NCBI RefSeq assembly: GCF_035084215.1
Contig: NC_090335.1
Coordinates: forward strand, 38,192,001 to 38,256,000
Length of the DNA: 64,000 nt
Direction: 5' to 3'
DNA from: Heptranchias perlo
Lineage: Eukaryota
Of the stretch, positions 12,787 through 25,384 are shown piece by piece. The notes beneath the pieces are model-generated. The model was not told the DNA's origin. It made no database searches and saw only the letters and a program-made list of their open reading frames with translations. Position 1 is the stretch's first letter; each line of letters starts with the position of its first letter. The position numbers and the translations under genes are program-made.

Positions 12787-13449
12787 GGCCCAGAGTTTCC
12801 GTTAGATGGCACTGGCCTTTCCAGCGCAATCTAGCCGAATCAATGCAAAACATCACAGAGTTTTGATTTACGCCGAACTTGCGCCCAGTGTAATTTGAGT
12901 TTGTGGGAAAAAGAAAAGAAGATTGCATCGGCCTGTGGCCGTTCAAGGAGGCTTTTAAAATGAAGCTAAATTTCTTAGGCGCAAAGGCACTAGGTGTTTA
13001 GGAGTTTTTAAATATTAAAAAATATTAATTTACTAGGAAACTGACTCGTACACCAATGAAAGTAGTAAATGCTTCAGTATAGTTTTTTTGAATCATTTTC
13101 AGTCATTTTAAATCAAGTTTCTCACGGGCAGAGGACTGGGCACCTTTATTAAAAATGCTTGTCTTTAGTGATAACCCCATTTTCAGCTGTATTAATAACA
13201 CTGCACCAGGATACCACTCTTAAATCCATCTCTTAAATACAACAATGATTATCTTTGATTGCAAAAATAAATGATTACTCTATGTTAAGCTGCCGAATTG
13301 CACTGATTCATGGCAGATTTTACATTTGTGATTATGTTAATGCATTTTAGTGGAATCTCGGCATACCTCGGCGTAAAATGCGCCAACGCTATTTTTGGGT
13401 GCAATTTGCGCCCAAATGGTGATTGTGCCCAAAGCGGAAACTCCAGGCC
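12787..13449. mobile_element. Harbinger-type MITE nested within the Gypsy relic
   Basis: TIRs GGCCCAGAGTTTCCG / CGGAAACTCCAGGCC (13/15 match), CpG-rich subterminal regions, AT-rich core; flanking triplets differ. Confidence 0.7.
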
Positions 13450-14579
13450 AGCATAAAGAACACGGATGAACAGGACCATGATCAGAAGCTAAAGGCCCTT
13501 ATGAAGCAATGCCACCAATAAGATATCAAGTTGAAAAAGATTGAAATTAAGTTCAAGGAATAAGAAGTGAGCTTTGTGGGCCATCAACTCTCTATGGGTA
13601 GATAATGACTAGATCCTGCTAAAGTTGAGCAGTGGTTGAGTTGCCACCTCCACTGACAAAGAATGTATGCAAAAGATCCTTGGTATGACCATCTGCATCT
13701 TTTTGCTCCAAAATTATCAGAATTAACTGCACCTTTTCATGACCTACTAAAAAAGAAACACAAATTTACATGGGATTGCCACCATAGATGTCTGGATAAG
13801 CTAAAGAAGATCATCTCTGAAGCATCAATACTAATGCTTTGTTATAAATGAGGATACAGTTCTCGAGTGCAGTACATCTGAAAGAGGACTGGTAACATGT
13901 CTCATGCAAAAAGTTCAGCTTATGGCTTACCCTCAAATCCCTAGCTGAAATATGAATAAGTTTATGCTCAAATCAAAAAAGAACTTAGCCATTATTTTCA
14001 AGCAGTAGGAAGAAAATTATTGTAGAAAGTAACTACTTGAAGCCATTTTTAAAAAGATTGTAATTAGTGCTACCAAATGTGTCCATAGAATGATATTACA
14101 TCTTTATAAATATAAACATGAATTTGATGTTGTTTACGAGAGACAAGGAGCTGTTTCTTAATGGCTCATTGAGCAGAGCGTTTTTACCTCACACAGCCAG
14201 AAAGATTAATAACAAGGAAGTCGTCAATTAATGCAAGTTTGGAAACCGGAAGAGATAGAAAATTTCATTATGCCAGAATACTTGCCTCTGTCTGAGGAGT
14301 GACCAAGATTCCGTAAGCTGCTGGAGCAGATGAAGGTGTGAAATTGTTGAGGATGACAGTGAAGAAAGAATGGCCTGACAGAAGAAAGGCCATCCCAGAT
14401 TGCTGTGCATTTCAATATTGGATCGGGCCTCAGCATACTATATAGACTGATAGTCAAGGGGAATTGAGTAGTTTTATCACAACATATGAGAGAAGAGATG
14501 AAGCACAGAGTTTGCTCAAGTCACATTAGAATCCAAGATTGTCTTCAGAGAGATAGAGAGTGATTTACTGACCTCTGAT

Positions 14580-14625
14580 GAACAAGAACATAGCGATGTA
14601 CCGAACAAGAACATAGCGATGTACC
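14580..14625. repeat. Perfect 23-bp tandem duplication
   Basis: GAACAAGAACATAGCGATGTACC x2. Confidence 0.95.
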
Positions 14626-16452
14626 TATCAAGATACCCATGCAAGCAGTTTCAAATTAAACAACAAATGGAGCCATTTATTAGCCACCAAACACCAGAAA
14701 ACAGTGTGAAGTGGATGGAAAAGAGTAATATAATTTCTTTGAAATTGACAGACTGATTAAAAAATGGAAAGAAGTCATTGACAAATTTTGCTCACCATGT
14801 TTTCTAAATGAGGTCATATCAGACAGTGGGCCACCATTTAACTCGAGGGAGTTCCACACGTCCAGCACTGACCTTTTACCTCATCCTTCTTGATTTGCAC
14901 AATACATCAAGTGAGATACTGGACAGTTCACCAGCTCAAATATTATTTGGTACACAAACCAAGACACTCCTCCTTACAGCAAGCTAACTTCTTAAACCGA
15001 GGATAGTAAATGATGTAAATGAGAAACTATACCTGAAAAAGCAGGTCCATCTCTATGGTACAGAACCAAAGAACTTGATAAGCTAGAATTTATGACAAAC
15101 AGTAGAATGAATCATTTCTGGAGATTCCTGACAATTGGGTACCCATCTTGTAAAACAGTTAGAGTGCTGAGGCAATCCACAGTCAGGAAATCACAGCCAC
15201 AACAGAACACAACAGAAGAAGACTGTGATTAGTCCTCAGCAAAACAGTGAGCGACAACTAAAAGCAGCACAGCAACAGGAATCCCAGATGAAAAGGCTCC
15301 TATCAACACCACAAACAACAAGCTCACTACCCTAACGTGAAAACTACACATGAAAGACTTTATATAGCAGTGACTTTGTGAATGTTTAAACTGTTCATAT
15401 TGGCATTATTGGACTGTTCAGACTTTATAATTTGTTGTTGATGTGTTATTTTGAGAAGGGAGATGTATTGATATAGAATTGAAACTTTTTCAATCGTTTA
15501 AGTACAGGAAATTCTTAGGTTGTTCCCAGTAAATTAGAAGTTGTTTGCGTGATTGGCAGCTGCACTGTAGAATTCAGATGGACACACGATAACGAGTATC
15601 TTTACTTAGCTCTGAAATCTTTATTTATTACTAACTCGCGTGTAATGACAAACACTACAGTGGCGTTACTCATGAATTATGCAGTCAGTCTCACTCGTGG
15701 TTAATAAATTATATCAAGTAGACCCACTGGGAGTGCATTTCCGAAATTCGGGTGAGTGCTGCTTATGCTTTTTCAACCATAATTGTGAAGTACTAGCCTG
15801 AATTTTGGATATGGACTCTCCCTGAGGCTTCTCAGTGGGAGCACAAAATCGGGAAAATTAGCTCTAGGTACCATCCCATAATGTAGGTTTTATCCTTTTG
15901 TTATTATAGAATAAAGAATATAGCGATGATCCTTTACTAATTTACTTATATTCTATTAAAGACTTGTCTAGATTGTACAGTTGTTGCACTCCTTCCTCAC
16001 CGTAGCTTAAAGGATCTGTTTCATCCCATTTTCATTGTTTGAAACCAAGAAAGCTATGTCCTGACTTCTTGTTATTTCTGATCAACGACATTCCTGTTTG
16101 GAGCATGCAGAAAGCTGGCAGCATTGGCCTGTGCGCTGTGCTATTGTATTAAGAGTGTTATGTGTGGTTTCACAAAGAGGCTGACACTGTGGAAACAGCT
16201 TGGGTTGTTTCAGGTCATTTCATAGAATACGCAGAGTCCACATTGACCTAGAACATGATAACATGCATTGTGCCATAGTGTAGGATAGCACAGATTAATT
16301 AGAAAGTGGCTATTGGTCTTAATACTGACAAACAAACTGGTCCTATACTGTGTTCACAGGTACTGGTTAACTTTTAGTAGTAGTTGTTCTACAGGGTTTC
16401 AATTATTTTTAACCTTTGGACTTTCCTAATATAGCCATCAGGTTGGGTGCGG

Positions 16453-16518
16453 CTGAGAAGAGGTTAACATGTTACAGCCCTAAACTGAGAAGAGTTTAAC
16501 ATGTTACGGCCCTAAACT
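16453..16518. repeat. 32-bp tandem duplication (2 mismatches)
   Basis: CTGAGAAGAG(G/T)TTAACATGTTAC(A/G)GCCCTAAA x2. Confidence 0.9.
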
Positions 16519-19500
16519 TGGAAATAATTGAACCTGGCATTAGCTGAGTGAAAATGTCATGTTACTGGGTGTTAATACATGTGACCAATCAAATAACCAG
16601 AACCTAAAATCCAGTTGTGCGATTGGATATTTTTAATCTGAAATGGGAGCACTGCTGGTTAAGATATCACAAGGAAAATGCAAAACACAACGTCATCTTG
16701 AGGGCCCCTGAAATCCTTCCCTGAAAAAGCATGTTCTGTGCAATTTGCCAAGCGACTAGTTCTGACTAATACCACTAATACTACACTGCCTGCATTACAA
16801 TATACTCATTACTGCCTTGATACTTTCTCATTTCTTTTTCCAGTTGAGTTCTTCATCAATTAAACATCACTTCTGTCATCTGCTGCTCAGTTATGAAACC
16901 ACCTCAGTGAAATTAAATCTACAAAGAAAATAAAGTAGTTTTATGTGCTAGAAACCAGCGCAGGCTGGTGCTTCTTAACATTCCCTGAGAGGGGGCAGAT
17001 ACTATAATCTCATGATCTGATTTGCTTTCTTCATTTACATTAACCTTACTTTTTTTGGTGCTTGATTTCCCTCCATTGCCCATTTTAATTTTTTTTTTCT
17101 TTCCTGTTCTGTTACCTTGCTCTCCTTGTGCTATCTGCACTTTAGAGAGTGTACCACTGACCTGCAGCTATGCCTCATTGAACCAGCCATTGCCAGGTGT
17201 GAGAAAGCAGAATAGTGATGGCTGGCCAGACAATTTTCCAAACCTTCTTGTCTCTAGAGACGTGGCTACCTCTCCACTTGGCATTTCCAAACAGAAGTAC
17301 AACTCAGATCAGGAGCTCAGCAGTGAAGTGGTCCAAAGTCACAAGCCCATGTTTCACTATTGCATGACACAATGGCTGGTGCTCAAGCAAGCTGAATCAC
17401 TGACCTACATCCTTACACCTAATTTAGAACAATATTAATTCTTAACAATATTTTTTTATTTTCCTCCTGTTGCTCCCGTGATAGCTCATGTGACACTTAC
17501 TGTTTCACAGCTGAGTGAGGGTTGGGTAAGAGACCTGCTTCTGGGTCTCTTTCAAGCCTGCTGTGAAACGGACCGCTGGGATGTACATGGAGCTGTGTCA
17601 GATGATTCATCTGAGGTCTCCTGCTTTCCCATAGGGTTGTGCTTATCCTCTATTTACACTATGATTGCACTCACAATAGGGATTGCGAGAGGGAGCAAAC
17701 AGCATCCAACTGCTTCCATGTTCTAGTTACTGGTATCGTTGATAATTCGACCTCACTGACCTAATTTACATCAATATTCTGATCCAGTTACTAGAATTAA
17801 ATCGTTGTAGCCTTTTACATGGGCTTGCTTATCACTGCTTTCTGCTTCTGCTCAAAAATTTGCACAATACTTCCCATCGTAAGAGTTATCTCACACAATG
17901 AAATCAGTGGTATAAATTCCTGAGGTGCTACTGTAGTATAGCCAATGTTTATGGCAAGGATATGCTTCCAGTTACCTTGGCTACTCTGTTAATGAAAACA
18001 CAGCTCAACAAATCATCACATGTTCCAGTATTTAAAAAATTCCCCCATCCAGTTTTAATTATTTATCGAACTCCCTATGCCATGCACTACTCCTGAACTG
18101 AAAGAGCAAGCAGGTGATCGGATCCAGTGGAACTGTATCACTAGGAAGTGCACAGGGTGTGTCTCCATGGAGGAGTGACCAAAATGTGATATAATACTAT
18201 CTTTTTTTCTTCTCTAACATTTCCTCATGTTGTATTAGCCTGTAATTCTTTCTCATTTCTCCGTTGTTTTATTTTACGCCTTCTCGTTTAATTTTACTGG
18301 CTGTTTTTTTTTAGTAAGTGACACCCCCATAGTAATAGTAGTGTATGTATTGGTGAGTTTTTCAAACCCTGTAGAATTCACAGAGATAGAGGTGGAGGAT
18401 GGAGAAGATAAGGCTTGGAAATCCCAGGGCTGGAGATGGAGAGGGACAAAGCTAAGAAATTGCAAAGATACCGGATATTATAACAGAGAAGAAAATAAAC
18501 AAAAGACTGCAGGGACAGTAAATAAAAGAGGTTAAAAAAAAAGTTAGAAAGATAATAATTAGATAAACAGTATTGATAAAGAAATGAAGGTGAAATAAAG
18601 ATAGAGAGATAATGAGAAAATGTAATGGAAGCAGGAAAGAGAAGCAGGATATCAGAGAAACTGAAACGGGGAAAAAAGATGACGGGAAACTGCAGCAAAG
18701 AAAGGATGAAAGAAAGAAAAGTGGTGAGATAAACAACGAAAAACTATTGACCACAAGTAGAAAGAGTTGAAGAGAAGAGTTGTCACAATAAGGAAAGAAT
18801 GGTCTGAGTGGGTCAGCTCCATATTTCCTTTTTCTGTTTCTGTATGTTTATTTTTATAATCTCACTTGAAGTCACATTATTTTTTGTGTAACTTCCCAAT
18901 AGCAGACATAAATTGGTGAATTTTGAAGGATAATAAGATGGCTCTGTCTATTTCAGAATCTAAGATTTTTGCAGCTAATAAGGAAATGATGAATAATAAG
19001 GGGACTAAAAACAATTGTATGTTTTGCAGTTTTAACTTCATATTCCATTGGTAGTATCATCGATTGCCCAGCAGATGGTAGTATTACCCTACTTCTTGCT
19101 GACAAGTGGAATGTTGCTGCACAAGCTATGTATTTATTCTGAAAACATTTTTTCCATATAAATGTAATCTTTATGTTTCTTTCTTTAGAGCAAATAGAAA
19201 CCACTGTGCATTCAAAACAAAGAGGTCAGTATCTGGGCACTTTCCTCTGCCAAACAAGATATCCTTTTGGGAATGTTTAGAATCAAGTGTCCTTCAAGCT
19301 ATTTTAATGAGAGTACTGACTGTACAGATTGCACTTGGTGTCATGTTATGTATGTAAATGATAAGCAGTGTGGATGAACTCGCTACTTGAAATGGAAAAT
19401 GCTGCTTTAAGACTGTTTCACTGAAATGTTTGAATCACTTCACCTCAAACCCTAGTGAAGAAAGAAATCGATTGAAAATCTCAGGAAGTAGTGCTGTATC

Positions 19501-20064
19501 CATGGAAACTGCAGTGCTTCAAATTTGTTGAAACTGGTTGGAAAGATTAGCAACAGAGCTGCATCAAAGGGCTTCTGCCTTTGAAGCATAAATACATTTC
19601 TTAAAGTTGGGATTGCTGTTCAATGATGTGTGGAGAGCAAAACTGAATGTGCAGCAGTCCTCTTGGGTGTCTTATGTCGGCACCCATTCCATTGAATCCA
19701 GCAGCATTGAGGTTTTCCTTTAAATGATCTAAAAATATGTCTGTTTTTGAAATTTTCTGTGCAGAAGATGACAAGTATCTGATTCCTGTGGCTATAATGG
19801 CCTACGCAGATGCTTCCCCATTGATCGTTATTTCTCCTCGTGCATCATTGGACCAGCTTCAGATTATATTTGATGTTTTCTTTACACTGATATAAAACAT
19901 CAATAAGAGTGATTGAAAAATTAGACAGACCAAATCAGCACATGCACATGTAAGAGTTTAAGCTTCATGGAAAATGGAAAGCAACAGTCTTCAATTTTTG
20001 TTAGCTGGGACTCAAACATATTTTCTACTCCTATAATGCTTTGAAAATCCTGGTATTATCAACA

Positions 20065-20380
20065 CATTTTGGTTTCACTTCAGCCCAAGCTCCTGATCTT
20101 TGGCCACGGGGGAGGGGGCGCGGACCTACTTGTGGGTCTGCTCCTGGGCCTGGCTAAGACAGTGATTCACAGGTCCAGGATGGAAGCACCCCAGGGGGGT
20201 GGGGGTCGCTCTGGCTGCCTGCCTCTCTTCCGCTGTCTTGTCCATGCCCAAGTGACCCTGGAGAAGGGAGCAGGCGGTGTCTACCGGTACACTTGAAGCC
20301 TTCCGCGACCGGTGGGCACCGCAAGGAATAAAGTGGCTAATGGACAAACAAAATAACATTATAATTTAGTTTTAGAAGTT
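20065..20380 (+). mobile_element. Tx1/L1-clade non-LTR retrotransposon ORF2 3' end fragment
   Basis: LLIFGH...DLLVGLLLGLAKTVIHRSR...CLPLFR, then frameshifted AVSTGTLEAFRDRWAPQG, resembling the Tx1-type ORF2 C-terminus. Confidence 0.7.
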
Positions 20381-20411
20381 TCCTTTTGGTTCTGTTGAAA
20401 TCCGACTTCGT

Positions 20412-23400
20412 GGGCATAATTTTTACTCGGAGCCAGGTATCCTGCGCGTCCGCAGATATTCGCGTGGGGAACTTGGAAGTGAATTGGATGCCTCTTAATC
20501 TGCGATCACAACTCAATTAAAGGTGAGTATTTGAGCTTCCGGGTTTCTCACCCGCCAGGCAGCCAGATTGACAGGCTGGCTGCATGTTGGCATTGAAAGG
20601 AGATGCAAATCAGAGAGGGGGACGGGAGAGAGAGATCATCGGGCTTGGAAAAAAATCGGAGGGGAGGAAGGTGGGGGTACGTGGCCGACATTGAGGGGGT
20701 CAGCCAGCATTGGGGATCAGGGCAGTCAACCAACTTCGGGGATTGGGGGGTGTCAGCAAGTGACGCTATCAGGTGGTTTAGCCGGCATTGGAGATCGGGG
20801 GGGGGGGTGGGGGGTGAGGAGGGCAGTGGGGTCCAGCATCAATGGGGGGGGTGGGGTCGACCGATCGCAGGGTTCCTGTCGGTCAGGTGAGCTTGTTGGG
20901 CCTGGATGAAGCATTCCTACTCCTCCAGGCCCACAAGCAGTGCAATAAAGGCACTCACCTCATGGATCCGGCCCTTTCTGCCTGCTTCCACCTGACGTGA
21001 ATCAGAAGCGATGGGAAACCCCATCAGGCAAGGGTAAATTTATTTTAAGTGTCCAATACACAAAATATTAAGTACCTCAAGTATCTCAATGAGGTACATT
21101 GGCCTTTTAAGTATTGTCCCGCCGGCTTTAAATGGGGGTGGGACTTCCTGGTGCCTGATGTGCACACGCACACAAATCTGCCTGGGTTAAGAACATAAGC
21201 ATGTAAGAAATCGGAGCAGGAGTAGGCCATATGCCCCCTCGAGCCTGCTCCACCATTCAATAAGATCATGGCTGATCTTCTACCTCAACTCCACTTTCCC
21301 GCCCTATCCTCATATTCCTTGATTCCCTTAGTGTCCAAAAGTCTATCGATCTCAGTCTTGAATATACACAACTGAGCATCCACAGCCCTCTGGGGTAGGG
21401 AATTCCAAAGATTTACAAACCTTTGAATGAAGAAATTTTTCCTCATCTCGGTCCTAAATGGCCGACCCCCTATCTTGAGACTATGGCCCCTACTTATAGG
21501 CTCTCCAGCCAGGGGAAACATCCTCTCAGCATCTACCCTGTCAAGACCGCTAAGAATTTTATATGTTTCAATGAGATTACTTCTCATTCTTCTACACTCC
21601 AGAGGGTATAGGCCCATTCTACTCAATCTTTCCTCACAGGACAACTCTCTCATCCTAGGAATCAATCTAGTGAACCTTCATTGCACCACCTCTAAGGCAA
21701 GTATATCCTTCCTTAGGTAAGGAGACCAAAACTGTACACAGTACTTCAGGTGTGGTCTCACCAGAGCCCTATACAATCACAGAAAAACCTCCTTACTCTT
21801 ATATTCCAACCCCCTTTCAATAAAGGCTAACATATCATTTGTTGCAGCCATCTCTTTTAAAACCTTAGTATGTAGGTCATCAGGTCCAAAGGATTTGTTG
21901 GCTTTTAGTCCCATTAATTTCTCCAGCATTTTTTCTTTACTAAGCTTAATTACTTTAAGTTCTTCAATCTCATTAGACCCATGGTTCCTCACTATTTCTG
22001 GTACGTTTTTTATGTCTTCTACCATGAAGACAGAAACAAAATATTTGTTTAACATTTCTGCCATTTCCTTATTTCCTATTATAATGTCTCCTGTCTCTGC
22101 CCCTGTCTCATTTACTTTTGCTAATCCCTTTTTGCATACTTGTAGGAGCTCTTACCATCTATTTTTATATTCTTGCTAGTTTACTCTCATATTCAATGTT
22201 CTCCCTCTTTATCAATTTCTTGGTCATTCTTTGCTGATTTCTAGAACCCTCCCAATCCCCAGGTTTACTATTCTTTTTGACAACATTGTAAGCCTCTTCT
22301 TTTAATCTAATACTATCCTTAACTTCTCTAGCTAGCCACGGTTGGATCACTTTTCCCATGGAATTTTTATTCCTTAAGGGAATGAATATTCAATGAGAAT
22401 TATGAAATATTTCTTTAAATGTTTGTCATTGCTTATCTGCCATCATATCTTTTAATCTAATTTCCTAATCTATCGAAGCCAACTCACCTCTCATACCTAC
22501 GTAATTGGCCTTTTTTAAATTTAAGACCCTAGTTTTGGACTTAACTACGTCACCTTCAAACTCAATGTGAAATTCTATCATATTATGATGACTCTGCCCC
22601 AGAGGATCCTTTATTATAAGATTACTAATTAACTCTGTCTCATTACACAATACTAGATCTAAAATAGCCTTTTCCCTAGTTGGCTGCTCAACATATTGTT
22701 CTAGAAAACTGTCTCGGATGCATTCCATGAACTCATCCTCCAAACTACTTTTGCCAATTTGGTTTACCCAGTCTACATGAAGATTAAAGTTCCCCATGAT
22801 TATTGCATGTTACATACACCTCCAATTTCCTGATTTACACTCTGTCCAACACTATAACTACTGTTAAGGGGCCTGTAAACTACTCCCACCAGTGTTTTCT
22901 GCCCCTTGTTATTTCTTAGCTCCACCCATACTGATTCGACATCCTGATTTTCTGAGCTAACATTCTTTCTCACTGTTGGCTTTATCTCATCCTTTATTAT
23001 CAGGGCTATCCCCCCTCCCAGTATCTCCTTTTCCATTTTTCCTATCTTTTCGAAAAGTCAAGGACCCTGAAATATTTAGTTCCCAACCTTGGTCATCCTA
23101 CGACCATGTCTCAGTAATGGCTACAAGATCAAACCCAATTATCTCTATTTGTTCCATTAATTCATCTATCTTGTTATGAATGCTTCGTGCGTTCAGATAA
23201 AGCGCCTTTAAATTTAACTTTTTACTATTTTTCCCTGTGTGACCTTAGTCACTAATGCCTTATTACCTTTGTTAAACTCTCTACCCCTTCCTGACACACT
23301 GCTTGTTTTTACCCAAATCGCCACTCTGCTGTACAGTCTGACTTTTCTCTTTAGACATATAAATTTACCCTTACCTGAACCCTCCCCCCAACTTACTAGT

Positions 23401-23783
23401 TTAAAGCCCTATCTACCACCCTAGTTATCCGATTCGCCAGGACACTGGTCCCAGCCCGGTTTAAGTGGAGCCCATCCCAACGGAACAGCTCCCTCTTTCC
23501 CCAGTACTGGTGCCAGTGCCCCATGAATTGAAACCCCTGCTTCCCACACCACTCTTTCAGCCATGCATTTAACCATCTAATCTGTTTGTCCATATGCCAA
23601 TTTGTGCTTAGCTCAGTTGGTAATCACAAAGATTATTACCTTTGAGGTCCTGCGTTTTAATTTGGACCCTAACTCCTCACACTCCCTCAGCAGAACCTCA
23701 TACTTAGTTCTACCTATTAAACCCAGAAATGGATGAATTGGAGCCAGGATGCGGTCCCGGTTTTGGGGGTTAAAATTTACCCC
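20412..23783. mobile_element. GC-rich Harbinger-type MITE split by a CR1 (parts 20412-21190 and 23717-23783)
   Basis: Imperfect TIRs GGGCATAATTTTTAC / GTTAAAATTTACCCC; removing the CR1 and one TTAA restores CCTGGGTTAAACCCAG. Confidence 0.55.
21191..23716 (-). mobile_element. CR1 LINE with ORF1 3' part and APE endonuclease, RT core deleted
   Basis: ORF1 SGNH-esterase-like WLNAWLKEWC...DGLHLNRAGT (23396-23593); APE motifs GGGIAL, VGVVYRP, MGNFN, LDLVL, SHHN (22465-23036); VLKEMAAT fused to NDMLAFIERGLEYKS near 21843; TTAA at both ends. Confidence 0.92.
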
Positions 23784-24092
23784 TATATGTTTCAATTTTT
23801 TTATTAATTGTGCCTCATTAAAACCCATGGGGCACTTGCAACCCAGCGTCATCTTTATGGATCGATTTTTTAAAAAGGCAACAGGTTGGCAGAAGTCCAG
23901 ACCACGAGGCCTGTTAATTGGAATTGGGGACTTTTACGCCGTCCAGTTTATTTTATTTATGTGTTGCAAGATTCTGCATTTAATTTGCCGTTAAATCATA
24001 TGTGAATGATTTGTTTGACCTTTCATGTGCACAATACGAAATATTTTGATATTGGGTTAGGGAAAAGGCTTTATCTCAAACTTTAAAAAAAA

Positions 24093-25357
24093 ATTCATTC
24101 TCGGGATATGGGCGTCACTGACAAGGCCGGCATTTATTGCCCATCCCTAGGTACCCTGAGAAAGTTTGATACTGAGTGGCTTGCTAGACCACTTCAGAAG
24201 GCAGTTAAGAGTCAACCACATTGGTGTGGAACTGTAATCACATATAGCAACAACAACAACTTGCATTTATATAGCGCCTTTAATGGAGTGAAACGTCCCA
24301 AGGTGCTTCACACGAGCATTATCAAACAAAATTTGGCACCAAGCCACATAAGGAGGTATTAAGACAGGTGACCAAAAGCTTGGTCAAAGGGGTAGTTTTT
24401 AAGGAGTGCCTTAAAGAAGGAGAGGGTGGTAGAGAGGCAGGGTGGTTTATGAAGGGAATTCCAATGCTCAGGGCCTAGGCAGCTGAAGGCATAGCCGCCA
24501 ATGGTTGAGTGATTAAAATCGGGGATGCGCAAGAGGCAAGAAATTGAGGAGTGCGAAGATTGTGGAGGGTTGTATGGCTGGAGGAGGTTACAGAGATATG
24601 GAGGGGCAAGGCCATGGAGGGATTTGAAAATAAGGATGAGAATTTTAAAATCGAGGCGTTCCCGGACTGGGAGCCAATGTAGGTCAGCGAGCACAGGGGT
24701 GATGGGTGAACGGGACTTGGTGCGAGGAAGGATAAGGGCAGCAGAGTTTTGGGTGAGCTAAAGTTTATGGAGGGTGGAAGATGGGAGGCCAGCCTGGAGA
24801 GCATTGGAATAGTCGAGTCTAGAAGTAACAAAGGTGTGAATGTGGATTTCAGCAGCAGATGAGCTGAAGCATGGGCAGAGACGGGTGATGTAACCGAGGT
24901 GGAAGTAGGCGGTCTTGGTGATGGAGCGGATATGTGGTTGGAAGCTCATCTCATGATCAAATAGGACGCAAAGGTTGCGAACAGTCTGGTTCAGCCTCAG
25001 ACAGTGGCCAGGGAGAGGGATGGAGTCGGCGGCTAAGAAACGGAGACCAAAGACAATGGCTTCAGTCTTCCCAATATTTAGTTGGAGGAAATTTTTGCTC
25101 ATCCGGTACTGAATGTCAGACAAGCAGCGTGACTGGATAAGTCCAGACTGGGTAAGGGCAGCAGATTTCCTTCCCTAAAGGCCAGAAGTGAACCAGCTGG
25201 GTTTTTACAACAATCCGATGTCTTATAATCACTTTTACTGATAACAGTGTTTTATCTCCAGATTTTTTTTAACTGCCATTGTGGGATTTGATCTCGTGTT
25301 CTCTGGATTATTAGTCCAGGCCCCTAGATTATTAGTCCATTCATCTAACCATTACAC
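24093..25357 (-). mobile_element. tRNA-derived SINE split by an L2 insertion (parts 24093-24247 and ~25137-25357)
   Basis: The two halves join to match the unsplit copy at 26310-26732 (CACTTCAGA...CAGACYGGGTAAGG...AGTGAACCAG...CTCTGGATTATTAGTCCAGG). Confidence 0.8.
24248..25133 (-). mobile_element. 5'-truncated L2 LINE
   Basis: FLQLNIGKTE, HTFVTSRLDYSNAL and LHWLPVRERLDFKIL...LHGLAPPYL are L2 ORF2 C-terminal motifs; 3' end GGCGCTATATAAATGCAAG(TTG)n. Confidence 0.92.
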
Positions 25358-25384
25358 TTCCTTTTCATTGTTAGTGTGAGTACT

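Larger units (their letters stand above)
10488..15659 (+). mobile_element. Ancient decayed Gypsy/Ty3 LTR retrotransposon with both LTRs
   Basis: 5' LTR ~10488-10654 and 3' LTR 15464-15659 share AGCTGCA(G/C)TGTAGAATT(A/C)AGATGG; PBS TGGTGTCAGAA at 10655; PPT GAGAAGGGAGA before TG at 15464; RT remnants (TIDDIAPEL, VDAK, TFSTLFGRYRW, APEEFHRRL, VPDDI), LSELTAPFHDLLKK, integrase-like ISDSGPPFNSREF. Many stops and frameshifts; no matching TSD. Confidence 0.8.

Noticed and set aside
17022-17726. 138-aa and 82-aa ORFs
   Set aside because: Non-ATG starts, low-complexity N-terminus, no recognisable domain; probably decayed SINE-like sequence that I could not assign.
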